Shown piece by piece: positions 8,162-15,805 of a stretch of DNA of 44,763 bases (position 1 is the stretch's first letter; each line of letters starts with the position of its first letter). The notes below the pieces were generated by a model, which worked only from the letters and a program-made list of their open reading frames with translations, had not been told where the DNA came from and made no database searches. This stretch comes from Bdellovibrionales bacterium (GTDB lineage Bacteria > Bdellovibrionota > UBA1018 > CAIMNF01). The position numbers were made by a program, and so were the translations under genes. Location of the stretch: assembly GCA_040379745.1 (NCBI GenBank), contig JBEIKL010000002.1, positions 1 through 44,763 of the forward strand, read 5' to 3'.

Positions 8162-8590
8162 ATGAAAAAAGCAGCGAAACCAGCTAAAAAAGCAGAATCC
8201 GCGAAACCGGCAAAACCAATGGCGAAGTCGGCCAAGAAAGCGGAACCAAAAGTGAAACTTTCTGTTTCCAAAAAATCAGAAAAGATCGAAATCATTGCAG
8301 ATGAAGTGGTGAAATCCGCTGAGGCAGTGGAAGAAGAAGAGGAAGCGATGGAAAGCGCGGCCGCTGCTCGCAGTAGTGCGAACGAAGCGGGACTTGCCAT
8401 GGCCGCTGCCACTTCCGAAGCGAACGCAGGTTCTTTGAAGAACTTCCGTCATCACCCGGACATTGAAAACTTCTACCGTTTCATTTACGAGAACGACCTT
8501 CGTTACGAAGGCCTCGAGATCATTGACCACATGATGTCTCAACGCGAGACACTCAAGGCGATGAGAGCCGCAAAAGCGAAAGCGCACTGA
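8162..8590 (+). CDS. lysine/alanine/proline-rich (histone H1-like tail) protein with acidic linker and small C-terminal domain
   Basis: GGAGG SD upstream, starting 22 nt after the activator stop. 14 Lys in the first 38 residues (KKAAKPAKKAESAKPAKPMAKSAKKAEPK). Then EEEEEAMESAAAA low-complexity, then NFRHHPDIENFYRFIYENDLRYEGLEIIDHMM. Confidence 0.7.
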   Translation: MKKAAKPAKKAESAKPAKPMAKSAKKAEPKVKLSVSKKSEKIEIIADEVVKSAEAVEEEEEAMESAAAARSSANEAGLAMAAATSEANAGSLKNFRHHPDIENFYRFIYENDLRYEGLEIIDHMMSQRETLKAMRAAKAKAH

Positions 8591-8620
8591 TCATTAGTGT
8601 GCGGGAACGCAAGAATTTCA

Positions 8621-8651
8621 AAAGGCGAATCGGAAACGGTTCGCCTTTTTT
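8621..8651 (+). terminator. rho-independent terminator
   Basis: GGCGAA (8624-8629), 10-nt loop, TTCGCC (8640-8645), followed by TTTTTTG. Lies 30 nt after the stop at 8590. Confidence 0.8.
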
Positions 8652-8722
8652 GTTTCCAGGCGCCAATCGGGTGACTGTAAAAATTTAAGATGCACCTCAG
8701 GAAATGAAGTTAAAATCGGAGC

Positions 8723-9328
8723 ATGGCAAACACTTCTGCAAAATGGAAATCGGTACTGCTCATTCTCACTTTCTTGATTACCGAGTATTTCCTACAAGGT
8801 TCGATCGAGACACTGGGTACTTATGCGATCTACATCGGCGAACTGATCCTCGTGAGCCTGTTTTTTATCATATTCAATGATCACGAACTTCAACCGGCCA
8901 AACCGGATAAAAGCGGCTTTGCTTTATTGTCTTCTCTTCTTGTGATGGGATTCCTCTCCAGAGCCCTTGCAGGAACCATGGGAATCATCATTCCCTTTGA
9001 TTTCCACTCGACGGAAACATTGATTTTCCTACTGGCTGTTGGCCCCTTACTCGAAGAACTTCTGTTTCGTGGATTGCTTCATCGGACATTTCAAGAATTG
9101 CTTGAGAACACCGTTGCCACCTCGGTGATCACATCACTGATGTTTTCTTATTCGCACTTCCAGGCTTATTTCAAAGTGCCAGCGGATTTCCAACCGTTCA
9201 TTTTCTATCAGACCGGCTATACTTTTTTGCTGGCATTGCTTTGCACGATAGTGCGTATCCGCCATGGCCTGATTTGGGCGATACTCGCCCACGCACTTTT
9301 CAATTTCGGATTTTACCTGGGCAACTGA
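8723..9328 (+). CDS. CPBP-family intramembrane glutamic endopeptidase (CAAX protease / Abi-like)
   Basis: Multi-pass hydrophobic protein with the three CPBP motifs: LLEELLFRGLL, MFSYSHF and AILAHALFNF. Confidence 0.85.
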   Translation: MANTSAKWKSVLLILTFLITEYFLQGSIETLGTYAIYIGELILVSLFFIIFNDHELQPAKPDKSGFALLSSLLVMGFLSRALAGTMGIIIPFDFHSTETLIFLLAVGPLLEELLFRGLLHRTFQELLENTVATSVITSLMFSYSHFQAYFKVPADFQPFIFYQTGYTFLLALLCTIVRIRHGLIWAILAHALFNFGFYLGN

Positions 9329-9332
9329 TCAC

Positions 9333-9971
9333 TCACACCCGCTTCGCGAGAATCAGGATCTGATCTTGTCCATCGACGCTTTTTTTCCGACCGACCCGTT
9401 CGACCTGGAATCCGGTCTGATCGAACATCGAACACAGCGCTTTTTCGGAATAGAGATGGGTGATTCGCGTTGGCAGTTTTTCCATCACAGACGCACCGGA
9501 GGGAACGATCGCCGCTTCTTCAAAACTTCCGGTGCCTTCGAAAAGAATCGCACCCAACACTCCGCCCACTTTTACGCCCTTGAAGCAGATCGCAAGCAAG
9601 CGTTGAAGGGTCTCCGCCGGCAATTCCGAGAACGAAAGGTTGGCCCAGACTCCACCGAATTCGCCTTCGGCCAGATTCATGAACAGGAAATTCTTTTCGC
9701 GGATCTCGACACCGGATTGGGCATGAACCGCACGGGCGGCGGCGGCCAACTCGGCAGAGGCCTCAACCCCCACTCCTTGAAACCCGGCTTTGGTCAGCCA
9801 AGCCAGATCCAACCCATTTCCACCGCCCAAATCCAGTACCCGAGCCCCCGGCTCCAACATTTCAATAAAAGGTAATAAATCCGAGGGGGATTTTTCGCGT
9901 AACCACTTCTGATGAAGCGCTCTGGCTTGAGAATCATAATAGGCAGAATGGTCGCGAAAAGAAGTATTCAT
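9333..9971 (-). CDS. class I SAM-dependent methyltransferase
   Basis: Motif I VLDLGGGNGLDLAWL and post-I GVGVEAS. Start set at ATG 9971 (MNTSFRDHSAYYDS). Convergent with the CPBP gene, with a 4-nt gap. Confidence 0.85.
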   Translation of the reverse strand: MNTSFRDHSAYYDSQARALHQKWLREKSPSDLLPFIEMLEPGARVLDLGGGNGLDLAWLTKAGFQGVGVEASAELAAAARAVHAQSGVEIREKNFLFMNLAEGEFGGVWANLSFSELPAETLQRLLAICFKGVKVGGVLGAILFEGTGSFEEAAIVPSGASVMEKLPTRITHLYSEKALCSMFDQTGFQVERVGRKKSVDGQDQILILAKRV

Positions 9972-10026
9972 GGGTTTTGCAATTAGGTTGTCTATACGTG
10001 TCAGACCTGTTAACTCTCCCCTCATC

Positions 10027-10983
10027 ATGAGGAAAAATAGAACGATTTTCAACGCTTTAATCACGTTGGTGCTGTCCTTGTTCGGGTATCAAAGTCACGC
10101 CCAAGAGGCCGACCAGATCTGGTTCGAAGCGGCGAGAAGAATGGCCTCGGCCAATTCTTCAGATGAAATGCGATCCATCCTCAACGAGACTGTTCCCGGT
10201 TTTCTTCAGACCATCGAGTTCGATGCTCAGAACAATCGCGATTTGCTGAACCTCTGGGGCAAAAGCCGCAATATCGATGAAAGCCACCTGAGTGATGGCA
10301 AACGGACTGTCCCTGCCAACATACTCCAGTTCTTCAATTCGTTCCTGAATGTTTCTTACGATTCCACCTTCATTTATGGCCATGCAGGCCTGACGCACAC
10401 CTACGGCTACCTGATGAGCAACCTTCAAACACCGTTCGGCTTCAAGCGTGCACGCTATGTTGCCGGTGAGATCGAAGCGGGATTCGGCATGAGTCAGGGA
10501 CTGTTTTCGGGGCGTCCGTCACAAGGCACCCTGCTTTCCAATCTGACCTGTTTTGCAGGTAGAATCGCATTCCGAGACCATCCGGCCATGGCCAAGTCCA
10601 TGAACTGTGCGGTTCAGGAAATTTCAGGATTCGCCTTTCAGCAATTGAAACCGATACGCTTGGTCGAACGCATCATCGATCAGGAGTTCATGTTGGAATT
10701 GCGCACCGACATCGTTCCGTTCACTCAAGACCAATCGAATGGCCGCAACACGCACTTGCTCATCTATTCCATCGACTATCACGCTCGCGGTCAAGCATCA
10801 CAACCTAGACTGATCACTGTATTTCCGGTACAAAAGAGATTCATGGACGGAGTGTTTGCGGCTTCAGGTCTTGGAGATCATCAACCGATCCGCCTGAAGT
10901 ACAATGCGGCTCTTCCGGATTCCATTCCTTCTGAAAAAATGACGGGGAAACGGTTCATCGCGGATGAAAAACACAAAAACTAG
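10027..10983 (+). CDS. hypothetical secreted protein
   Basis: Signal peptide MRKNRTIFNALITLVLSLFGYQSHAQ. No family recognised. The 3' end overlaps the ABC ATPase start by 20 nt. Confidence 0.65.
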   Translation: MRKNRTIFNALITLVLSLFGYQSHAQEADQIWFEAARRMASANSSDEMRSILNETVPGFLQTIEFDAQNNRDLLNLWGKSRNIDESHLSDGKRTVPANILQFFNSFLNVSYDSTFIYGHAGLTHTYGYLMSNLQTPFGFKRARYVAGEIEAGFGMSQGLFSGRPSQGTLLSNLTCFAGRIAFRDHPAMAKSMNCAVQEISGFAFQQLKPIRLVERIIDQEFMLELRTDIVPFTQDQSNGRNTHLLIYSIDYHARGQASQPRLITVFPVQKRFMDGVFAASGLGDHQPIRLKYNAALPDSIPSEKMTGKRFIADEKHKN

Positions 10984-11962
10984 CATCGAAGTCACCAATC
11001 TCAAACGCAGTTTCAAATCAGTAAAAAAAGAATCAGGGTGGAAGGGTACGCTCAAGCTCCTGACCAATCCGGAATACATCACGCACGAAGCCCTGAAGGG
11101 AATCAACTTCAAGATCGAGACGGGCGAATTCGTTGGATTGATCGGTGCAAACGGAGCGGGCAAGACCACTCTTCTGAAAATCCTCTCCGGCCTGATTCCT
11201 CCGACCAGTGGCGAAGCCGTGGTTTTGGGTTACGAACCTTTTGATCGCAAACTTGAATTCCGAAAACAAATTTCACTCGTCATGGGTCAAAAGGCGCAAC
11301 TTTGGTGGGATCTTCCCGCACTCGAAGCGTTTGACCTTTTGCGCGCGATCTATCAGATTCCCCGCGATGTGTACCAGAAACGGGTGGACGAGCTGACTTC
11401 CCTGCTCGACGTCACCAAACTCCTGAACACCCAGATCCGCCGGCTTTCTCTGGGTGAACGCATGAAAATGGAAGTGATCGGCGCGATCCTGCATCTTCCG
11501 AAAATCATCTACCTTGATGAACCGACGATCGGTCTCGATGTTCTGGCCGCACACAAACTGCGCAACTTCCTGAAAGAGCACAACCAAAAGGAAGGCGCGA
11601 CCATCATCCTCACCAGTCACAACATGGACGACATCTCGCAGCTCTGCAAACGCATCCTTCTGATCAAGGAAGGCGAGCTGATTTACGATGGCGAAGCGGA
11701 AAAACTGGGGCAAAGGAACGAATGCCAGCTCAAGGTCCAGCTCCGTGACGATGTGAGCACTGAAATTCTCCAAAATGCCCTACAGGGATTCGATTCCAGG
11801 ATCGAAAAATCCGAAGAAGCGGAATCGACTTATCTGATCACCATTCCTCGTGCAAGAATCGCGGATACTTTCCAACTGCTTTTCCAGAAGTACCAGATCA
11901 GCGATGTCGCCATTCATGAACCATCCCTGGAACGCATTATCCAGCAGATCTACCAACAATAA
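10964..11962 (+). CDS. ABC transporter ATP-binding protein (ABC-2 type)
   Basis: Walker A GANGAGKTT, signature LSLGERMK, Walker B IIYLDEPTIGLD, H-loop TSHNM. Confidence 0.93.
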   Translation: MKNTKTSIEVTNLKRSFKSVKKESGWKGTLKLLTNPEYITHEALKGINFKIETGEFVGLIGANGAGKTTLLKILSGLIPPTSGEAVVLGYEPFDRKLEFRKQISLVMGQKAQLWWDLPALEAFDLLRAIYQIPRDVYQKRVDELTSLLDVTKLLNTQIRRLSLGERMKMEVIGAILHLPKIIYLDEPTIGLDVLAAHKLRNFLKEHNQKEGATIILTSHNMDDISQLCKRILLIKEGELIYDGEAEKLGQRNECQLKVQLRDDVSTEILQNALQGFDSRIEKSEEAESTYLITIPRARIADTFQLLFQKYQISDVAIHEPSLERIIQQIYQQ

Positions 11963-11971
11963 GGGCTGACG

Positions 11972-12784
11972 ATGAAAACACTTCCCATGCAATGGATGCT
12001 CGAGTGGCGCTTGGCCGCAATCCGGAACGGAATGAAGGACGCCTTGGCTTATCGCTGGGATTTCCTGATCGACTTTTTCACGCAGGCGTTCGTCCCGGTC
12101 GGAATGCAACTCATTCTCTGGCATGCGATTTTTTCCCAGAATGGGACCCAATTATTTGCAGGAATGCGCCACACCGACCTTCTTGCCTACACCTGGACTT
12201 CGATCCTGTTCAGCCAGGTTCGGGGCGGAAACTACGACTTCACACTGATCGAAATGATCCGTACGGGCTCACTCAGCCAGTCACTGCTGAAACCGGTTGG
12301 TCCGGTGGAGTTCATTTTTTGGCGTGGTTTCGGTGAAAAGATCCTGACCGCAGCCTTCTGTCTGATCGTGGGAATCATTGCCACTTATTTTGCCGACCGA
12401 TCACTCGTGAACCTGTTCCTTGCCATGATGATGGCGATCCTGGGAAACATCATCCACTATCTTTTCGGTGCCATTCTCGCCGCCGTGGCTTTCCATTGGG
12501 AAAATGCATTCGCCATCCTGCTGATGAAAAACATGGTCGTCAGCCTTCTTTCCGGTGAAGCCGTACCGCTCACAGTTTTTCCGGTGAAATACGCCTGGAT
12601 CTGGGAATCAACCCCGTTCTATCTTTATGTATTCGGCCCCACCCAGATGGCGCTGGGCAAATGGTCGATGCAGACATGGGCGCATCACATGACCATCGGA
12701 ATGGTCTGGTGCATGGCTTTCGCAGTTTTGCTTCAGGTCGTTTGGAAAAAATCGATCCGTCAATATCAAGGAATCGGGGGTTGA
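11972..12784 (+). CDS. ABC-2 family transporter permease
   Basis: Six-helix hydrophobic protein directly after the ATPase, with an AAGGG SD. Resembles the paired permeases of the uncharacterised ATPase-plus-two-permeases ABC-2 systems (from memory). Confidence 0.85.
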   Translation: MKTLPMQWMLEWRLAAIRNGMKDALAYRWDFLIDFFTQAFVPVGMQLILWHAIFSQNGTQLFAGMRHTDLLAYTWTSILFSQVRGGNYDFTLIEMIRTGSLSQSLLKPVGPVEFIFWRGFGEKILTAAFCLIVGIIATYFADRSLVNLFLAMMMAILGNIIHYLFGAILAAVAFHWENAFAILLMKNMVVSLLSGEAVPLTVFPVKYAWIWESTPFYLYVFGPTQMALGKWSMQTWAHHMTIGMVWCMAFAVLLQVVWKKSIRQYQGIGG

Positions 12785-12785
12785 G

Positions 12786-13574
12786 ATGATCGCTCATTAT
12801 TGGGACGTTTTCAAAACCATCTTCAAGAACAACTTCGTCAAGGAATTCATCTACCGGATGAATGCGATTGCGATGACGTTTTCCGATCTGATCTGGGTCA
12901 TCATCGAACTCGCTTTCTTCGAAGTGATCTACAGCAACATCTCCAATATCAACGGATGGTCGCGCGTGGACTGCTTCTTTTTCATTGGAATCTTCGTGGC
13001 TAGCGATTCCCTGTTCACCATGTTTTTCCAGCGTAGTTTCTGGGAGTTTCCGATGCTGGTGAACCGGGGCGACCTGGATGTGTTACTGACCAAACCGGTA
13101 TCGGCCGTGTTTCTGGCCACCGTGAAAAGCATCAACTTCACCCAGTCTTTGAACCTGCTTCTTGGTATCTGGATCATCCAACACTACGGCCCTAAGGCGG
13201 GTTTTGAAGGTGGAATCGCCTGGCTTGCGGTAATCTTCTGGATGATTGTCGGTTTGGCGACCCAGTTCCTGATGCGTTTCGTATCTGTGGTCTGGGCATT
13301 CTGGCTCGAGCGCGGTTTCACCACTTCCGCACTTTACTACCAACTTTACGCATTGGCGAACAAGCCATCCGGACTTTATCCGACCGCTATCCGCTTTCTG
13401 ATCAAGACCGCGCTTCCATTTGCATTCATGGGCACCATGCCTGTACTTTCCGTGACGGGCAGATTGCCGCTTTCGGATTACTTCCTCGTTGCAGGAGTAC
13501 TGCTCGCGTATGCGTGGATCGCTCGAATCCTCTGGAAACGCGGCTTGAACCGCTATCAAAGCGCAAGTTCCTGA
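12786..13574 (+). CDS. ABC-2 family transporter permease (second subunit)
   Basis: Starts 1 nt after the previous stop. Polytopic membrane protein. Confidence 0.85.
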   Translation: MIAHYWDVFKTIFKNNFVKEFIYRMNAIAMTFSDLIWVIIELAFFEVIYSNISNINGWSRVDCFFFIGIFVASDSLFTMFFQRSFWEFPMLVNRGDLDVLLTKPVSAVFLATVKSINFTQSLNLLLGIWIIQHYGPKAGFEGGIAWLAVIFWMIVGLATQFLMRFVSVVWAFWLERGFTTSALYYQLYALANKPSGLYPTAIRFLIKTALPFAFMGTMPVLSVTGRLPLSDYFLVAGVLLAYAWIARILWKRGLNRYQSASS

Positions 13575-13600
13575 TTGCTTCCGCAAATGACCAATAACAA

Positions 13601-13634
13601 AAAAGCCCCGAGTGAATCACCCGGGGCTTTTTAC
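13601..13634. terminator. bidirectional rho-independent terminator between ABC operon and tig
   Basis: AAAAAGCCCCGAGTG-AAT-CACCCGGGGCTTTTT: a 9-bp stem with one mismatch, an A-tract on one side and a T-tract on the other. It sits between convergent stops at 13574 and 13656. Confidence 0.8.
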
Positions 13635-13655
13635 GTTTCAGTTTTGAACCGCTGA

Positions 13656-14984
13656 TTATTTCTTCTTCGCTTCTTTCGCAGTGGTGATTTTCGCCGCACC
13701 CAGGATCATCTGGATAGTCAGTTCTTCACGCACACGGTATTCGAAGTTGGAAAGATCGCGAGGATTCGCATCCAGGCGGTCTTTGAGCATCTTGGTTTCA
13801 ACGCCGTATGATGCAGCCATTTTTGCCATTTCAGCTTCGATGTCAGCAGGCTTCGCTTCGATCTTTTCTTTTTTCGCAATCGCATCGAGAAGGATGCCTG
13901 CGCGAACCTGGGTCTCAGCGCGCTTCTTGAAATCCTGAAGCTGGCTCATGATCGCAGATTGGATCATCTGGTCGTTGAAGCCGTAACGCTTGAGTTCGTT
14001 ACCATAGTCGTCAGCCAACGCGCGCATTTGCGAGTAAACCAGACCTTGAGGAACTTCGATTGCGTTCTTCTCGATCAGTTTCTCGATCATGTTGTTGCGA
14101 ATGGAGTTGTCAGCCTCTTCAGCCTTGGTCTTGGTCAGCATTTCCTTGGACTTGGTTTCAAAGTCAGCAAGGCTCTCGTAACCGAACTCTTTCACGAGTT
14201 CGTCCGTGAATGCAGGGAAAGTTTTTTCCTTCACTTCGCGCACATCAACGGTGTATTCCGCTTCTTTGCCTGCGAGATTCGCATCGGTGAAGTCTTTTTC
14301 GTAAGTCATCTTGAAAGACTTGTTGTCGCCAGCCTTGAGACCGATCAGGTTCTTCTCGAATGCAGGCAGGAGTTGTCCGCTTCCGATTTCGGCATTGCGC
14401 TCACCGCTCAGGTTCGGTTGAACTTCCATGCCCTTGTCGGTTTTCAGTTTGCCTTCGTATTTGAAGTCCACGAGGTCACCGGTCTTTACAGCACGGGTAA
14501 CGGCAGCCACTTCCGCTTTACGCTCAAGAAGGTTCTTCTGCACTTTTTCGATGTCTTCCGCAGTCACTTCAGCAGAAAGCTTTTCAACCGCAAGGCCTTT
14601 GTAATCTTTCGGATCGACTTCCGGCACCACTTCCACTGTAGCCACATAAGAAAGCTCTTCGCCATCAAGGATGTGCAGGTGTTCCTTTTCTTTCGCGCCT
14701 TCGAATTGAGGCTCACCCACGATGCGAAGCGTGTGCTTCTTGAGTGCTTCGGAGTAGGTTTCGTTGATCAGGGTGTTCAAAGCCTTCTGATTCACTTCTT
14801 CCTTGTAGTATTGCTTCACCAGATTCAGAGGTACTTTGCCCGGACGGAAGCCTTTGATCTTTGCGGTCTTTTGGGCTTCGGCAAATTTTTTCTCGATGGT
14901 CTGACTGACTTTCCCGGCAGGGATGGTCACAATGAATTTTTTCTGAACGGACGATACGTTTTCCAACTTGATTTGAGTTTCCAT
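13656..14984 (-). CDS. tig: trigger factor
   Basis: 442 aa. N-terminal ribosome-binding region with GFRPGKVP, a central FKBP-like segment, and a typical overall trigger-factor layout. AGGGGG SD inside the truA 3' end. Confidence 0.96.
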   Translation of the reverse strand: METQIKLENVSSVQKKFIVTIPAGKVSQTIEKKFAEAQKTAKIKGFRPGKVPLNLVKQYYKEEVNQKALNTLINETYSEALKKHTLRIVGEPQFEGAKEKEHLHILDGEELSYVATVEVVPEVDPKDYKGLAVEKLSAEVTAEDIEKVQKNLLERKAEVAAVTRAVKTGDLVDFKYEGKLKTDKGMEVQPNLSGERNAEIGSGQLLPAFEKNLIGLKAGDNKSFKMTYEKDFTDANLAGKEAEYTVDVREVKEKTFPAFTDELVKEFGYESLADFETKSKEMLTKTKAEEADNSIRNNMIEKLIEKNAIEVPQGLVYSQMRALADDYGNELKRYGFNDQMIQSAIMSQLQDFKKRAETQVRAGILLDAIAKKEKIEAKPADIEAEMAKMAASYGVETKMLKDRLDANPRDLSNFEYRVREELTIQMILGAAKITTAKEAKKK

Positions 14985-14985
14985 A

Positions 14986-15804
14986 TTAGCCCCCTAAACT
15001 ATACCAAACTCGTTCTAAAGTCAGCCCTTTTGGAGGGGCGGTGGTGCCCACCCGGGAGCGATCCTTTTTCTCTATGATTTCAAGCATTTCTTCGGGCTTT
15101 TTGCGGCCTTCGCCCACCTTCAACAGCGTTCCGGCGATTCCGCGTACCATTTGCTTCAAAAACCCCGTTCCCACCAATCTGACCCGAATCACCGCGTAAC
15201 CTTCTTCGTTGAGGTCCGCACCCGGAAAAACCGGCATTTTTTCGAGCGTCACTTCGGCTTCGAGGATCTCACGCACGGTGGACTTCAACGGGTTCGCATC
15301 CGACGCTTGAAACGCCTTGAAGTCATGTTCACCCAAGAGATGCTTCACCGCCTTTTGCATCGCCTCGACATCCAGCGTGCGATAAATCCACCACGTGTTG
15401 TCCATCAAATGCGGCAAGGGACTGGGGCCTTGTTGGAAATAGTAACTGTATTGCTTCTTGATCGCGGATCGTTGCGCATGAAAATCATCTGCAACGTGAT
15501 CCACCCGCATCACGCGAATATCCGGCGGCAGATAGGTGTTCATCCCGCGTTTCAGATTTTCTTCGGTCAATTTGAGATTATGCGTGCGGAAGTGGGCAAC
15601 CTGTCCGACCGAGTTCACGCCCGCATCAGTACGCCCACTGCCGATGATCACGATTTTTTCAGCGGTGATTCGGGAAAGTGCCTCTTCCAGGATTTCCTGA
15701 ATGGATGGCAGAGTCGGTGACTCCGGCCCGCCTTTTGACTGGCGTTGCCAGCCACAATAGTTTTTGCCGATATAGGAAACACGAAAAGCGAATTTATGGG
15801 TCAT
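14986..15804 (-). CDS. truA: tRNA pseudouridine(38-40) synthase TruA
   Basis: FRVSYIGKNYCGWQRQ and the catalytic GSGRTDAGVNSVGQVAHF. ATG at 15804; the ORF extension to 15816 begins with TTG. Confidence 0.93.
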   Translation of the reverse strand: MTHKFAFRVSYIGKNYCGWQRQSKGGPESPTLPSIQEILEEALSRITAEKIVIIGSGRTDAGVNSVGQVAHFRTHNLKLTEENLKRGMNTYLPPDIRVMRVDHVADDFHAQRSAIKKQYSYYFQQGPSPLPHLMDNTWWIYRTLDVEAMQKAVKHLLGEHDFKAFQASDANPLKSTVREILEAEVTLEKMPVFPGADLNEEGYAVIRVRLVGTGFLKQMVRGIAGTLLKVGEGRKKPEEMLEIIEKKDRSRVGTTAPPKGLTLERVWYSLGG

Positions 15805-15805
15805 A

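Noticed and set aside
8122-8412. 96-aa Ala/Ser/Phe-rich ORF antisense to the lysine-rich protein gene.
   Set aside because: It is the mirror image of the AAG/GCN-repeat coding sequence. Only the sense gene has a GGAGG SD and a terminator.
9231-9245. Sigma-54 promoter look-alikes. TGGCATTGCTTTGCA (9231-9245) and TGGCATCAGTCAGTGC (from about 727) are the examples with the GG/GC spacing off by one. Other TGGCA sites were checked on both strands, including upstream of all operon starts.
   Set aside because: In the two examples the GG...GC spacing is off by one nucleotide, and the sites lie inside coding regions with no appropriately oriented downstream gene. No correctly spaced TGGCAC-N5-TTGC was found anywhere in the window.
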